DNA from: the human T2T-CHM13v2.0 reference genome, Homo sapiens
Assembly (NCBI RefSeq): GCF_009914755.1
Contig: NC_060943.1
Length of the DNA stretch: 64,000 nucleotides
Direction: 5' to 3' (one strand)
The translations under genes and the position numbers were made by a program. Shown here in pieces: positions 1 through 12,994 of the stretch (within the stretch, counting starts at the first letter, position 1; each line of letters starts with the position of its first letter). Under the pieces are notes generated by a model. The model was given only the letters and a program-made list of their open reading frames with translations, was not told the DNA's origin and did no database searches.

Positions 1-1368
1 AGCTGGAAAAGTGTTAAGGCCACAGTGGTTTTTCCAGAGGCTCGTCTGGAATGCCGTGGCTGGATCTGAGCCTCCTGACATCCGAGGCCCCTCTTGGTGG
101 GGAGAGCCAGAAACCCAAGATACTGCCGTCAGTTAAAGACTCGAAGTTCACATTTTAAAAAGTGCAAGGAGACACCCGGTTTTAGGTACGTTGGGGTGCA
201 AGGTCTGAAGGCTGGAATCTGTGGCTCCCTTCTTTCAGCTCTGCCATCCCTCTTGTCTGGGTGCTGCCCACCTGGTAGAAAGGGGACCTCACCTTGCCAC
301 TCCACTAGCCTGCCAACACCACCAGGAAGGCGACCCTTCATCCTGGTGGCTCCAGTAAAAATCCCAGGGAAGGCTCTGATTGGATCAGAAGGGCCAAGTC
401 CCCATCCCAGGATGAATCCCTATGGCCAGGGGCCCTGGAGCCTCTGTCCAGTCTGTGTCACATCCATATTTTCAGCCCAGCAATGGGATCTGCCTGATCT
501 CCACCACTGGGGCTGAGCATAGAGAAGAGGAGGTTCCAGAGGAGAACAGGGGGCCCTTATGAGAAGAGGGGAGGGATGGTAAACACCCCAAAAATGAAGA
601 TATTCATGACAGACCCCCTCTGATGCTGAAATTTGTGTTGTCTTTGGAAGGTGCTGGGCTAAGCTGTGGAGTGCCTGCATCTGGCCTGGCTCTGCTGGGG
701 ATGAGCAGTGCCATGTGGCAGCCCCGTCCCTTCTGGGGCTTCAACACCTGTCCTGCCAGTGGAGGCAGTGGGGTGGGCTGCCTTGCAGCACGTTACCACC
801 CCGACATGCTAGAATTCAGCAGTGCTAGAATTTCACTGGGTTTCCAAGCGGTGCTCTGGAGCTGTGCAGTCATGTACCTACTTGCCTGAACTGTGGAGTG
901 AAGGGATTTGCTCATTCAAGTGGTCCCTGCTGCCGGCCCAATGCAGTGGGACCAAGTCGGGGGATGGGCTGTGGCAGAAGCAGTCTCACCTCAGTGGGAG
1001 GGAATGGGAAAGGGAAGCCTCAGGCCGAGACCTGCCCACTCGTCAGCCCTGGATGGGGACCCAGCTGGGCCATGAGGGTGAGGAAAGCCATGGCAGAGAA
1101 GGCTCTGGGGTGGAGACAGCAGAGGTGCTGAGCGCAGAAATGCTGGTGGGCTCAGGAGTGTGGTGGAGGGAGAAGGGTCTGAGGGCAAGAGGGTTGGCCA
1201 CTCAGCACAGAGCACAACATGAGCAAAGGTCCAGAGACAGGATGTGCAGGAGAGTCCCACTGAGGGCTTCGCGGTGGATCCTGAAGGATCACATACACTA
1301 GGACTCGGGCCAGGAGGTCTCGTGGGGAGGAACAAGCAGTGAGCTAAGATAAGAGTTGGGCTCCAGCA

Positions 1369-1727
<359 letters not shown>

Positions 1728-1737
1728 TCACTCACCC

Positions 1738-2285
1738 TCAAACCCCACCTCCCTGGCCAGCAGCAAGCTCTCTGCCTCCACAGCACCCCTCCCATCCTGG
1801 CTTGTACCTGGACCACAGTGTTGGGGCGTCCCCATCAGAACAGCCCCCACGAACCAAGGGAGCACCCACTTTGTATAAGGCCATCAACTGGGGTGGTGCA
1901 GTTCTGGTTCCTGGCTCCGTTGTCGGCAGGCAGCCTAGAAAAGGGGCACGGCTATCATCCCATTTTACAGATGGGGAAGTTGAGGCACAGAGAGGTTCAG
2001 GGGCTCATCCAAGGCCACACAGTAAACAAGAGGCAGAGGGACACTAGGTATGGCCAGCAGAGACCTTCTTTGGCCAGTGCACAGGTGCTTTTTGGCCTTT
2101 TCATGGTCCCAAGTGGGTGGGTCCTATGATCATCACCATGATGCAGATGGGGAGACTGAGGCTCAGAGGGCTGAGACTGCTCACCAAGGCTCTGCCTGAG
2201 CCTGGAGGATGCATGTGGAGCTAAACAGCAGGAAGAGCAAGACAGGGGCTCTTCAGGGCCGGCCCAGCACAAAGATGTGGATTTA
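1738..2285 (+). repeat. Left arm of a local inverted duplication (contains MIR-like fragments)
   Basis: Reverse complement of 4283-4807; 1763-1802 matches 4743-4782 exactly (40 nt). Confidence 0.92.
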
Positions 2286-2287
2286 TC

Positions 2288-3965
2288 TGTCCATCTATCC
2301 ACCCACCCTTCATCCACCATTCATCTATCTGCCACCCACTCACTCCTTCTTACCCACCTGTTCACACCTATGTCCACCAGTTCACCCACCCACCTGACCA
2401 TCCATACCTCCACCTGTCCATCCACCCCACCACCCACCCACCCATCCGCCCACCCACCCACCTGCCCCTATCCACCCATCTTTTCATCAGTCCACCCTTC
2501 CATCCACCCACCCATCCACCTGCCCTTCCATCCACCCACCTACCCATGCCACCCACCCTTCCATCTACCCACCCACCCATCCATCCACCCATCCACCCAC
2601 CCTTCCATCAGTCTACCCTTCCATGCACCCACCCATCCACCCTACCATCTACCCACCTAGGCACCCACCCACCCTTCACCCACCCACCCATCCATCCACC
2701 CGTCCACCCACCCTTCCATCAGTCCACACTTCCATCCACCCACCCACCCACCCTTCCATCTACCCACCTGCCCACCCACCCACCCACCCTTCCATCTACC
2801 CACCCACCCACCCATCCATCCACCCATCCACCCGCCCTTCCATCAGTCCACCCTTCCATCCACCCACCCACCCTTCCATCTACCCACCTACCCACCCACC
2901 CACACACCCACCCTTTCATCTACCCACCCACCTATCCATGCACCCATCCACCCACCCTTCCATCAGTCCACCCTTCCATCCACTCACCATCCACCTGCCC
3001 TTCCATCCACCCACCTGTCCACCCACCCACCCATCCATCCACCCATCCACCCACGCTTCCATCAGTCCACTCTTCCATCCACCCACCCTTCCATCCATCC
3101 ATCCACCCACCTACCCACCTACCCATCCATCCACCCATCCAGCCATCCACCCACCCTTTCATCAGGCCACCCTTCCATCCACCCACCCATCCACCTGCCC
3201 ACTCTTCCATCTATCCACCCACCCATTCATCCACCCACCCACCCACCTACCCACCCACCCATCCATCTGCCCTTCTGTCTGTCACCCATCCATCTGCCCT
3301 TCCATCCACTCATCCATTAACTCATCTACTGCCCATCCAGGCACCCTTCCATCTACCCATCCACCTGCCTACCACTATCCATCTACCAACCCACCCACCC
3401 ATCCACCAATCCACTCATCCACCATCTGCCCACTCATCCACCATCTGCCCACCCATCCACCTGCCCGTCCAGCCACCCTTCCATCTACTCACCTATCACT
3501 ATCCATCCACCAACCCACCATCCACCAATCCTCTCATCTACCATCCGCCCACCCATCCATCCACCCATCCACCAACCTACACACCTGTCTGTCCACCCAT
3601 CCACCCACCCTTTCATCCATTTATTCACCCATCCATCCATCTACCCACCCAGCTATCCACCCATCCATTCATCCGTCCATCCGTTCATCCACCCATCCAT
3701 TAACTCACCTATACATCCACGCACCCTTTCATCCACCCATCCACCTATCCATCTACCCACCCATCTATCCACCCATCCATCCACTCATCCATTCACCCCT
3801 CCCTCCACCCACTTACCCATCCATTCACCCGCCCATTTACCCATCCACTCACCGATTCACCCATCTACCCACCCATTCATCTGTCTATCTACCGTTTGCC
3901 CATCCACCCACTCATTTACCCATCCATCTACCTGTCCATTCATTTGACTGCTCATCCACCCATCC
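2288..3965. repeat. (CCAT/CCAC)n degenerate tetranucleotide repeat with a ~100-124 bp higher-order unit
   Basis: Continuous CCAT/CCAC/CTAC units; marker CATCAG recurs at 2485, 2606, 2717, 2841, 2961, 3060, 3160. Confidence 0.95.
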
Positions 3966-4282
3966 AGTTGACAAGCATGACTGAGCTCCAACCATATGTT
4001 AGGCATGGCGGTGAGCACCAGAACATTACAGGAGACAGAACCTTGCCTGCTCGGCTTCCATGGGGTTCCCCTTTCAGCCATGGGGAGACAGGCTGGAAAC
4101 AGATGATGTGGCAGATGGAGTGAGGAGCAGGGAAGACAAAAATGGCCCAGGTGGGGATCAGGGAGGTGGGGTGGCTGATGAGCCGTAGACCGAGGCTCTC
4201 CCAGCGGGACCTGGCAGGCACCGCCCCTTCATCTATAGAGTGGGGTTCCCTCTCTTGCAGGGCGGCTGGAGGACTAGTGGGG

Positions 4283-4807
4283 TAAATCCACATTCTTGCC
4301 TGGGGCCGGCCTTGAAAAGCCCCTGTCTTGCTCTTCCTGCTGTTCAGCTCCATGTCCATCCTCCCAGCTCAGGCAGAGCCTTGGCGAGCTGTCTCAGCCC
4401 TCTGAGCCTCAGTCTCCCCATCTGTGTGATGGTCACGATCAGAGGCCCACCCACCTGGGACCGGGGAGAGGTCGACCAGCACCCGTGTGTTGGCTGAGGA
4501 AGGCCTCCTTTGGCCAAGCCTGGTGTCCCCCTGCCTCTGTTTACTGTATAACTTTGGGCCAGTGGCCGAACTTCTCTGTGCCTTCATTTCCCCATCTGTA
4601 AGATGGGATGGTAGCAGTGCCCCATCAGAGACTGCCTGCCACAAGGTGGGCCAGGAGCCAAGACTGCACAGACTGGGTGCTCCCTCGGTCCGTGAAGACT
4701 GTTCTGATGGAGACGCCCCAGCATTGTCATCTGGACATGGAGAGCCAGGATGGGAGGGGTGCTGTGGAGGCAGAGAGCTTGCCGCTGGTCAGGGAGGTGG
4801 GGTCTGA
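4283..4807 (-). repeat. Right arm of the local inverted duplication
   Basis: Reverse complement of 1738-2285; also visible in the ORF track (MHVELNSRKSKTGALQGRP on + vs MDMELNSRKSKTGAFQGRP on -). Confidence 0.92.
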
Positions 4808-5994
4808 ACACCCCCTTGTCTTCTGGGCCTTTGTTTGGATGGTGGGGCTTCCTCTTGTTGGCCTTGAGAAGTGGCTGGAGTTTGGCAAGTCCGGGATGGG
4901 GGCGCTGTGCATAATGTCTTCCTGTCCATTGGCCGCAGTCAGAGCCCCACACATCCTGGACTCCTGGTGGCATTGGTCAGAGGCTGGGATTAGGGCAGGA
5001 CATCACAGCCCGGCCTTGAGGGCACTGGGCTTATGGTGACCCCTGAGGAGCAGGTGAGGGGTGGCCACACGTATCCATCATCCACCCACCCATGCCTCCA
5101 GCCTCCTTCCTCATCTAGAACACCCCCATGCTCCTGAGATGACAGCTTGCAAACCACTGCACCTCTAACCCCCTGTTTTCTGGAAGGTTTGAGCAAGGCT
5201 CAGGAAAGGGGAGGCCACGCAGCTTGCCCTGGCTTCATGGTGGGGTTGGTGGGGGACCTGCAGGATGGGGGTGGACGGGCCTCAGCTTTCTGCTCCCAGC
5301 TCTGTGGGCTTCACCTCTCAACCTGCTGAGCCTGAGAGCAGGGAGTGTCTCCTGCCACCTCACTGGGTCCTTGGGGTCATTGGTCGTGGTCCTTTCCAAT
5401 TGATCCTCGATTCCGAAACCTGCCTGCCTGCCCTCCCTGAACTCCCGGTGTGACTTGGGCAGCCCGCCACCCTCTCTGAGCCTTGGCGTCCCTGGCCGTC
5501 ACTTGGGGGCTGTCTGGGGGTGCCAGCCCTGGGTACAGTGGCCTCCTGCTAGGCACTCCCAGATGCTCTGTCTCCTGTCATTCTGTCCCCACCCAGCAGG
5601 CACAGACAGGCTGAAGCCAAGGACAGACAGGCAGGGAATGGCTCCAGATCAGGAGGCTGGGAGGAAGGGGAAGGCCAGGGCCTCCTTCGCAGGGGTCAGA
5701 GGGCATCCATGCAGGACGCTGTGTGAGTTGGGCCAACAGGCGCAGCTCACGGCGAGCCCTGTCTGCCTCAGTAGCGCGGGGCTCTTGGAGGAGGCTTGAG
5801 GGTGGGTGGGTGGGGAGGCCGCGAGGTTAGGGTGGCTCTGACCCTGCCTGGCCTGCCCAGCACGCCTGCCCTCCCAGCACAGGGCGGGAGTGGCGGGTTC
5901 CTGTTTGAAATGATTCGTGAAGATGTTGGAGAAAATCAGCATGTCAAGCAGGAGGGAGACACAGACAGCTGCACCCTGGCGGCCCCTGAGCTGC

Positions 5995-6690
5995 AGTCTC
6001 TGTCTCCCTGTCTCTGAGTCTCTGTCCCTCTCTCCCTGGGTCTCTGTCTCCCTGTCTCTGGGTCTCTGTCCTTCTGTCTTTGCATCTCTGTCTCTGAGTC
6101 TCTGTCCCTCTGTTTCTGCATCTCTGTCCCTCTGTCTCTGGGTCTCTGTCCCTCTGTCTCTGGATCTCTGTCTCCCTATCTCTGAGTCTCTGTCCCTTTG
6201 TCTCTGGGTCTCTGTCTCCTTGTCTCTGGGTCTCTGTCCCTCTGTCTCTGGATCTCTGTCTCCCTGTCCCTGGATCTCTGTCTCCCTGTCCCTGGGTCTC
6301 TGTCTCCCTGTCTCTGGGTCTGTGTCTCCCTGTCTCTGTCATGAGACAGGGTCATGAGAGAAGGTATCAGTGTGGTTGGAGTCTCTGTCTCCCTGTCTCT
6401 GGGTCTGTGTCTCCCTATCTCTGAGTCTCTGTGTCTTCATCTCTGGGTCTCTGTCTCCGTCTCTGGGTCTCTGTCTCCCTCTCCCTGGGTCTGTGTCTCC
6501 CTGTCTCTGAGTCTCTGGGTCTCTGAGTCTCTGTGCCTCCATATCTGGGTCTCTGTCTCCCTGTCTCTGTGTCTCTGTCTCTGGGTCTCTGTCTCTTTGT
6601 CTCTGTTGCCATCTCTGTGTCTCTGTCCCTCTGTTTCTGGGTCTCTGTCTCCCCATCTCTGTCCCTCTGTCCCAGTCTCTGGGTCTGTCA
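5995..6690. repeat. Pyrimidine-rich (TCTCTG/TCTCTGGG)n degenerate repeat, block 1
   Basis: Reiterated GTCTCTGTCTCCCTGTCTCTGG units. Confidence 0.93.
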
Positions 6691-7514
6691 GTGGCTGAGT
6701 GTCCTGGCCTGCTGGGACACTGCGGTGGGGCCCTGCACCCGCTCCTGGCTCTCCCACTTGTCCATCCAGAAGCCATTATCTTTCCTCCACTCCCACGGGA
6801 GCCAAGGGAGGCAGAGAACAGCAGGTGCCTTGGAAGGGGCGGCCCCTTATCAGGAGGGATAACCCCAGGAAGTAGCCTTGGGCAGTCTGGGGGAGAAGCA
6901 GGGCGGCCGGGCCTCAGGGGCCTCTGAGCTGTCCCACGGGAAAGCTTGCTGACGTGAGCGTGGGGGCCGGAGCATTTGAGGGCCAGCATGAGGTGCCGGA
7001 ACCCAGCAACTCCATCCTGTGGGCTGGGAGCAGTTCCCAGTGCTGTGAAACATTGTGGTCACCATGGCAACAGTACTGGGGGAGCTGCCTTTGTGGAATG
7101 GGTGGGACCCTGCCTCTTTGCACCTTTTACCCTCGAGGCACGTGCCCAAGAGCCAGTGAGGACTGCAGCTGCTGGTGGCCAGGGGTGGGGGTGGCGGGGG
7201 AGCAGGGGCACGCTGGGCCGCGGTGTTCCCATCTTGGAGAGGGATACTGAGCCTGTGATCTCCCCGGCTGCTGGGGATTTGTGAGGCTGCATGTGAAGAC
7301 CTGTGCCTGCTTGGCAAGGTCAGAGTGGGTGGGAAGGGTCATGAGAGAAGGTGTCAGTGTGGTTGGAGAGTAGGGTGGTGGCTGTGAGGCTGAGAGGTTG
7401 GTGGTGGGATTCCAGGCCCCCCACAGCTCTGGCACTCGAGCCCCACACCACCTCCCACACTGCCTGGTCGCTGTCACCCCCACCCCTGCCACCATTTCTG
7501 CTTCCCTTCCTTTC

Positions 7515-8306
7515 ACTGGCTCTCTGTTCCTCTCTCCCTGTATTTCTCTCCTTGTCTCTCTGGGTCTCTGTCTCCCTCTCTCTGGGTCTCTGTCTCCCTG
7601 TCTCTGGGTCTCTGTCTCTCCCTCTCCCTCTCTCCCTGGGTCTCTGTCTCCCTCTCTCCCTGGGTCTCTGTCTCCCTCTCCGTCTCTCTAGGTCTCTGTC
7701 TCCCTCTCTCCCTGGGTCTCCGTCTCCCTGTCTCTAGGTCTCTGTCTTCCTCTCTCCCTGGGTGTCTCTTTCTCTCCCTCTTGCTGGGTCTCTCTTTCCC
7801 TCTCCCTCTGGATCTTTCTCTCCATCTCCCTCTCTCTGGGTCTCTGTCTCCCTGTCTCCCTGTCTCTAGGTATCTGTCTTCCTCTCTCTCTGGGTTTTTT
7901 TCTCCTCTTGCTGGGCCTCCGTCTCTCCCTCTCCCTTTCTCTGGGTCTCTGTCTCCCTCTCTCCCTGGGTCTCTGTCTCCCTCTCTCTGGGTCTCTGTCC
8001 CCTCTCTCTGGGTCTCTGTCTGTCCCCCTGTCCCCCTCTCTCTGGGTGCCTGTCTCCTTCTCTCTGGGTCTCTGTCTCCTTCTCTCTGGGTCTCTGTCTA
8101 CCTTTCTCTGCGTCCCTGTTCCCCTCTGGGTCTCTGTACCCTCTAAGTCTCTGTCCCTTTATCTCTGAATCTGTTTTTCTCTCTCTGGGTATCTGTCCAC
8201 TTCTCTCTGGGTCCTGTTTTTCTTTCTGTGGGTCCCGGTTCTTCTCTGGGTCTCTGTCCCCTCCAAGTCTCTGTCACTCCCTCTCCGAGTCTCTGTTTCC
8301 CTCTCT
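7515..8306. repeat. Pyrimidine-rich (TCTCTG/TCTCCC)n degenerate repeat, block 2
   Basis: Reiterated GGGTCTCTGTCTCCCTCTCTCCCT units. Confidence 0.93.
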
Positions 8307-9379
8307 TGCTGGATCTCAGACAAGGCTCTCAGGATGGTCTTGGTCCAGTTGCCAGCCTGGGACTGGCTGGGAGAGAGGCTAGGGATTGGGCAGTGGCTTC
8401 TCAGCCGGCCCTGACATCCCCTGCTGTCCCCTGAAGTACAGCCTCTTCCCCACCCATGCACTGAGACCCTGGGGCGGCATCGCATCAGCCGGGGTGGGAG
8501 CCAACCAGCTGTGCTGTGCTGCTGTGCTCCTTCGAGCCACATGGACAATAAAACCAAAATTGGCTTTGAAAGTGGAAGTGCTCTCCTCTTTGAGGGGAAG
8601 TGAGGGACTGCGCGCGTCAGAACCGCCTATGAGGGGCAATGCCGGCAGGCTCCGTTCTGGCCCGAGCGCTGGGCTCCGCGTGGGGGTGGGAAAGGATTTT
8701 ACAAAACCCCAAAGAAATGTTTCCATGAAATTCTTTCTTGTTCTTGCCTTTTTTTTTTCTTTTTTGGACATTCCAATGAAAAGAACCGTTCTGGGGCTTT
8801 GGATCGCTTCTCATGGGTTGGGAAGCCGACCATGGAGATGAGGCCAGCCCGGGGCCGGAGGAGGGGCGCCTGCCCTGACAGGTGCGTGCCCCTCACTCTT
8901 GTCCCCCTAGGCAGCCCCCACCTCCCTCTGCTCCTGATCCTCCCACGAGGCTTCATCCCTAGGGTGCCTGGCCGCAACCTCTGCAACTCTGAGCTTCTTG
9001 TGACCTCCCCCACGAGGCCATCGTGCCTTGGGCTGGGTTCCCCCAGAGCAGACTCTCAGGCGAGGGTTCGAGGGCCCCACGAAAGAACAGCGTGGGGAGG
9101 GAAGGAGCCTCCACAGGGTGTGTCAGTAGTGAGCAGGTGGTCCCAGGGCAACCCTTGGAGATCTCGGGAATCCCATAACAGGTGGTCCACCTGGGGGAGT
9201 TTACCCCACCCAGGCTCCCTGGATGTTAGCCCTAGCACATCCCTGCACTGGGACATCTGAGAGGAGCAGGGGTGGTGTTGCCAGGGCAGACCTGGGCGTG
9301 TCCTTGGGTCCAGCACAGGCCTGGGCCTGGCTAGGGTGCCCGATGACATTGCTGGGGGGATACAGCGGCAAGCGGGTGT

Positions 9380-10680
9380 CAGAATGGCCCCTAGCCCGGG
9401 CCAGGCCTGTAGCGGGGGCGTGTGGCCACTCAGAGGCCAGATTCGGGCAGAGGGTGCAGCCAGGGCGGGCAGCAATGGCCTCTTGAGACGGCCCTGGCCG
9501 GGGCTGCTGACGCATTGGCTCCGATGACTCACGTGCGGGTGACCGTCACTCGAGTGGCCGTCTGGAGACTCGGACCGGCTCAGGGCCACCGCCTTCCTGG
9601 GGGCCTGTGGCCCCGCCGTGCCGGCCGCCCCCTGTCTGGACCAGCCTGAGTAATGGGTCCTTCCCCTCCTCCCAGTGGCCGGCTGGAGAGGACCTTAGTC
9701 ATCAGCCCTGGCCCCGGCCCTCCCTCCTCCGCCTGCCCACCTCCGCCCAGGCTGCGTCTCGCTTCTCCGTCCAGGCTGGGGGACTCCTGCCCCTCCTGGC
9801 CTCCTCCCTCCTTGAGTTCCCCAGGAGGGGCTGCAGTGGGGTGGGTTTGGCTTCACAGGGGCGGCAGTGAGGGTGACGTCAGGGGCCTCAGGGACAGTTG
9901 TCCCATCCCTAAGATGAGAGGAAGGAAACAGCCATGTGGAACGCGTCAGGCATCACCGGGGCATGAGGAGGAGGCCTGGGGAGGACAAGCTGCTTCCTCC
10001 CCTCTTTGGTCCAGCGTGGGCCCTGTGCCCTGTAACCAGCAGTGGATGGGCCTCACCCTGCTTTCTGGGCCTGGGGTGTCCTAAATTCCAGATGGGAGCA
10101 TCCAGATTCTCCGAGTGTGTAGTCGTCACGTGCTAGTGGCAGCCTGGGTCCCAGGGCTCTGCGTTTGCTCATCTCATCCTCCAGCGGCCCTGGGGCTGGG
10201 GAGCTGGATGGTCATTTGCCCCTGCTTTGTAGCTGAGGCCTGGGTGGTTGAGTGACTGCTGAGTTCCCAGCTAACCAGAGCTGGCTTGGCCCAGGCTGCT
10301 GGCCCCTGATGTCTCCTCTGAGATGCCCTGCCAGTCAGCTGAACTGATCCTGCCTTCTGGGTTCCGGGCACCCTCTCTGCTTGCTGGGGAACCCACAGAT
10401 CCCATGTTTGGAACACTGGCCCACCTCCCTGGTTTCCTGTTCCTCAGTCATCAGAGTAGCAGGGTGCAGGGCAGTAGCTCCTCTCCTCCCCAGAGGGAGG
10501 TCCTCTCTGTCCAACTTCTCAGTTCTCCAGATATGTTCTGTGCACTCATGGGCAGATGCATATGTGTGGCACTTTGAGCCCAAATAGCATCCCACTGTGT
10601 GCACTCTGCCTCTTCCTTCCTCCTGCAGCCTTGACGTCATCCCCTGCATGCAACATCTTCCCCAGGATGCGTCAGCCTCC
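9380..10680. promoter_or_regulatory. Candidate intronic enhancer with CRE/AP-1/E-box/CCAAT cluster
   Basis: Locally CpG-rich; TGACGCA 9508, ATTGG 9514, TGACTCA 9525, CACGTG 9530, TGACGTCA 9874 and 10632. Confidence 0.55.
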
Positions 10681-10929
10681 TCACCCATCTATAGGGCAGC
10701 CCTCACTCAGAAGGTGCTGTGATTCCACGAATCTCCTTTAAGGGTGGTTAGCTTATTTCTCGTCTGTGGCCCCTAGAGATTGTATTTGGGTAAGTTTCAG
10801 AAATAGAGTTCTTGGGTAAAGGACATGAGCCTTTAGAGTGTTGCTGAGTCTACGCAGCTGCCTTCCTGGGGGTCACCTTGCTTCATAAGCCCCCCGAGAG
10901 TGTGCTTCCCTGACTGCAAGCGAGGCTGA

Positions 10930-11187
<258 letters not shown>

Positions 11188-12994
11188 TAAATATGCTCCT
11201 AAGGACTGAGTGGCCCCGTGGTGAACTTGTCCCAGTGCAACGTGTTTCTTCTGATGAAAATGTACACATGCACACCTGCCTCCAAGGGCTTTACAGGAGG
11301 CACGAGAAGTCCTCCCATCCCTCCCCGCAAATCTCCTTGAACTTCTAAGGAAAAACCAGACCAAAATCAAAATGGCAAAGGCTGGCAAGGCCCATGCATA
11401 CTTCTGGGAGACAAAGTGTCCACAGAAAGGCCGGCAGGGGTCACCCAGAGCCCGAATGCACAACCCTTGCCACAGCTGCAACACAAAGCTGATTCTGGGT
11501 GATCTGACCCCTTTTGGTCCCCATTGCCTGGACCGCGTGCCCATGAGGACGGGGCCTACTTCGTCTCATTTACGCAGCATCCCTGCATGCACGGGCAGGG
11601 AAGAGGAGTTTGCAAAGCCAGTGAGGCAAACTGGGGACAAGGAGAGACCTTGAGGGTCCTCAGAGGCACATGCAGGATGCGGCTTTGGCCCCAGGCAGCC
11701 TGGACACCCGTCGCAGGGTGTCGGTGAGAGGGCATGCCATTCGTGGGAAGCAATGAGACCCTGCCCTGGAGATGTCCAGGCAGGTGCTGGACCCCTGTGG
11801 GGGGCTGGATAGGGGAGAGCGGCCCATGAGCCTGCGACATGCTCCTCACAAGCCTCGGATCTGGATCTGTCATGGGTCTAGGGAAAAAAGAGCCAAGGCT
11901 TGGCTCAGGGCAGCAGCCTGGTCAAGTGGGATCGGGGCCGATGTGTGGGGAGGGGAGGAAGGGAGGAGGGGAGGTAAGCGTCCCTTCCACTTGGCAGGGG
12001 AAAGGCCACGGGGACAAGCCAGAGTCTCAGGGTGCACCTGGACCCCTTTCCTTCCCTGCCCTCCTCAGCTTTCAAAAGGCTGCACCCCCACCCTCCCAGG
12101 CAAACACCAGGTCTGGGCTCCAGCACCCCCAGCACCGCAGCATTGCTGGCCAGCCCAGATGACCGTGGCATTGGGCTCTGAGTAGCATATGTCCTGCTTC
12201 CCCAGGGACTCAAAGGCTTTCCACTGAGCACAGGCCCCACACTGGGTCCTTCGTGCTATGTCCCCACCTTCTAGGACATGCAGTGCCTCGCAGGCAGGGC
12301 TGGGGCTTGGGCAACTTCTCTGCCTGTGGTGCCTTGCAGGGCTGTGGTCAGCGCCTGGCCCTGAAGCCCCTCTCCCCGGCAGTTTGTCTTGATCACTCAC
12401 CCTTTCCCAAGGGTCTCTGGAAGGGTGGTCTGAAGGGGAGGTCAGGGACCTCCGGTGGCAGCTGCTATGTTGACTGAGTGCCCACTGTGTGCCCTGTGTT
12501 TGACGTTGGCTCTTTAATGCCCACTGTGGTTTTGGGGCTGGCTGGCAGTGGGGCCAAGGAGCCTTCCGTCTCCTCCCGCTTTCTTGGAAAGATCAGTGCC
12601 CGCATTCCTGGCCTTTGCTTACAGGCAGGCGTGGGTCCCAGGAATGGGAGAGCAAATTCCAGAGGGCAGAGGCCACCAGGACAGAGCAGGGTGCCTCAGC
12701 CCGGTGGGGGTGGGGGTCTTAGAGGGGACTGATCCTGGAGGTGGCACCAGGGTCCACCCCCTGTTGTGTTCTGAGGAAGAAGTGGTGTGTTAACGGCTCC
12801 TAAGCTATTAATTCATTGATCCGTTCAACAGTTTCCCCAAATGAAATAGCAAAGGGGTGGTGGGGCTGGAGAAGAGGGGATGAGGGGGCAGTAGGGGCAG
12901 TGGGGGCTGGACCACAGAGGGCTCGTATACTCTGGGGTGCAGGGGGCTGTGGCGGGGCTTGCAGGGGACTTGAGAAGGCTCCCGTGTGTCCTTT

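Noticed and set aside
2277-3984. 385-aa and 453-aa His/Pro-rich ORFs and Gly/Trp-rich antisense ORFs
   Set aside because: Translations of the CCAT/CCAC repeat, which rarely produces stops; open in several frames, no splice or domain support
5917-8168. Ser/Leu-rich and Arg/Glu/Thr-rich ORFs
   Set aside because: Translations of the CT-rich arrays
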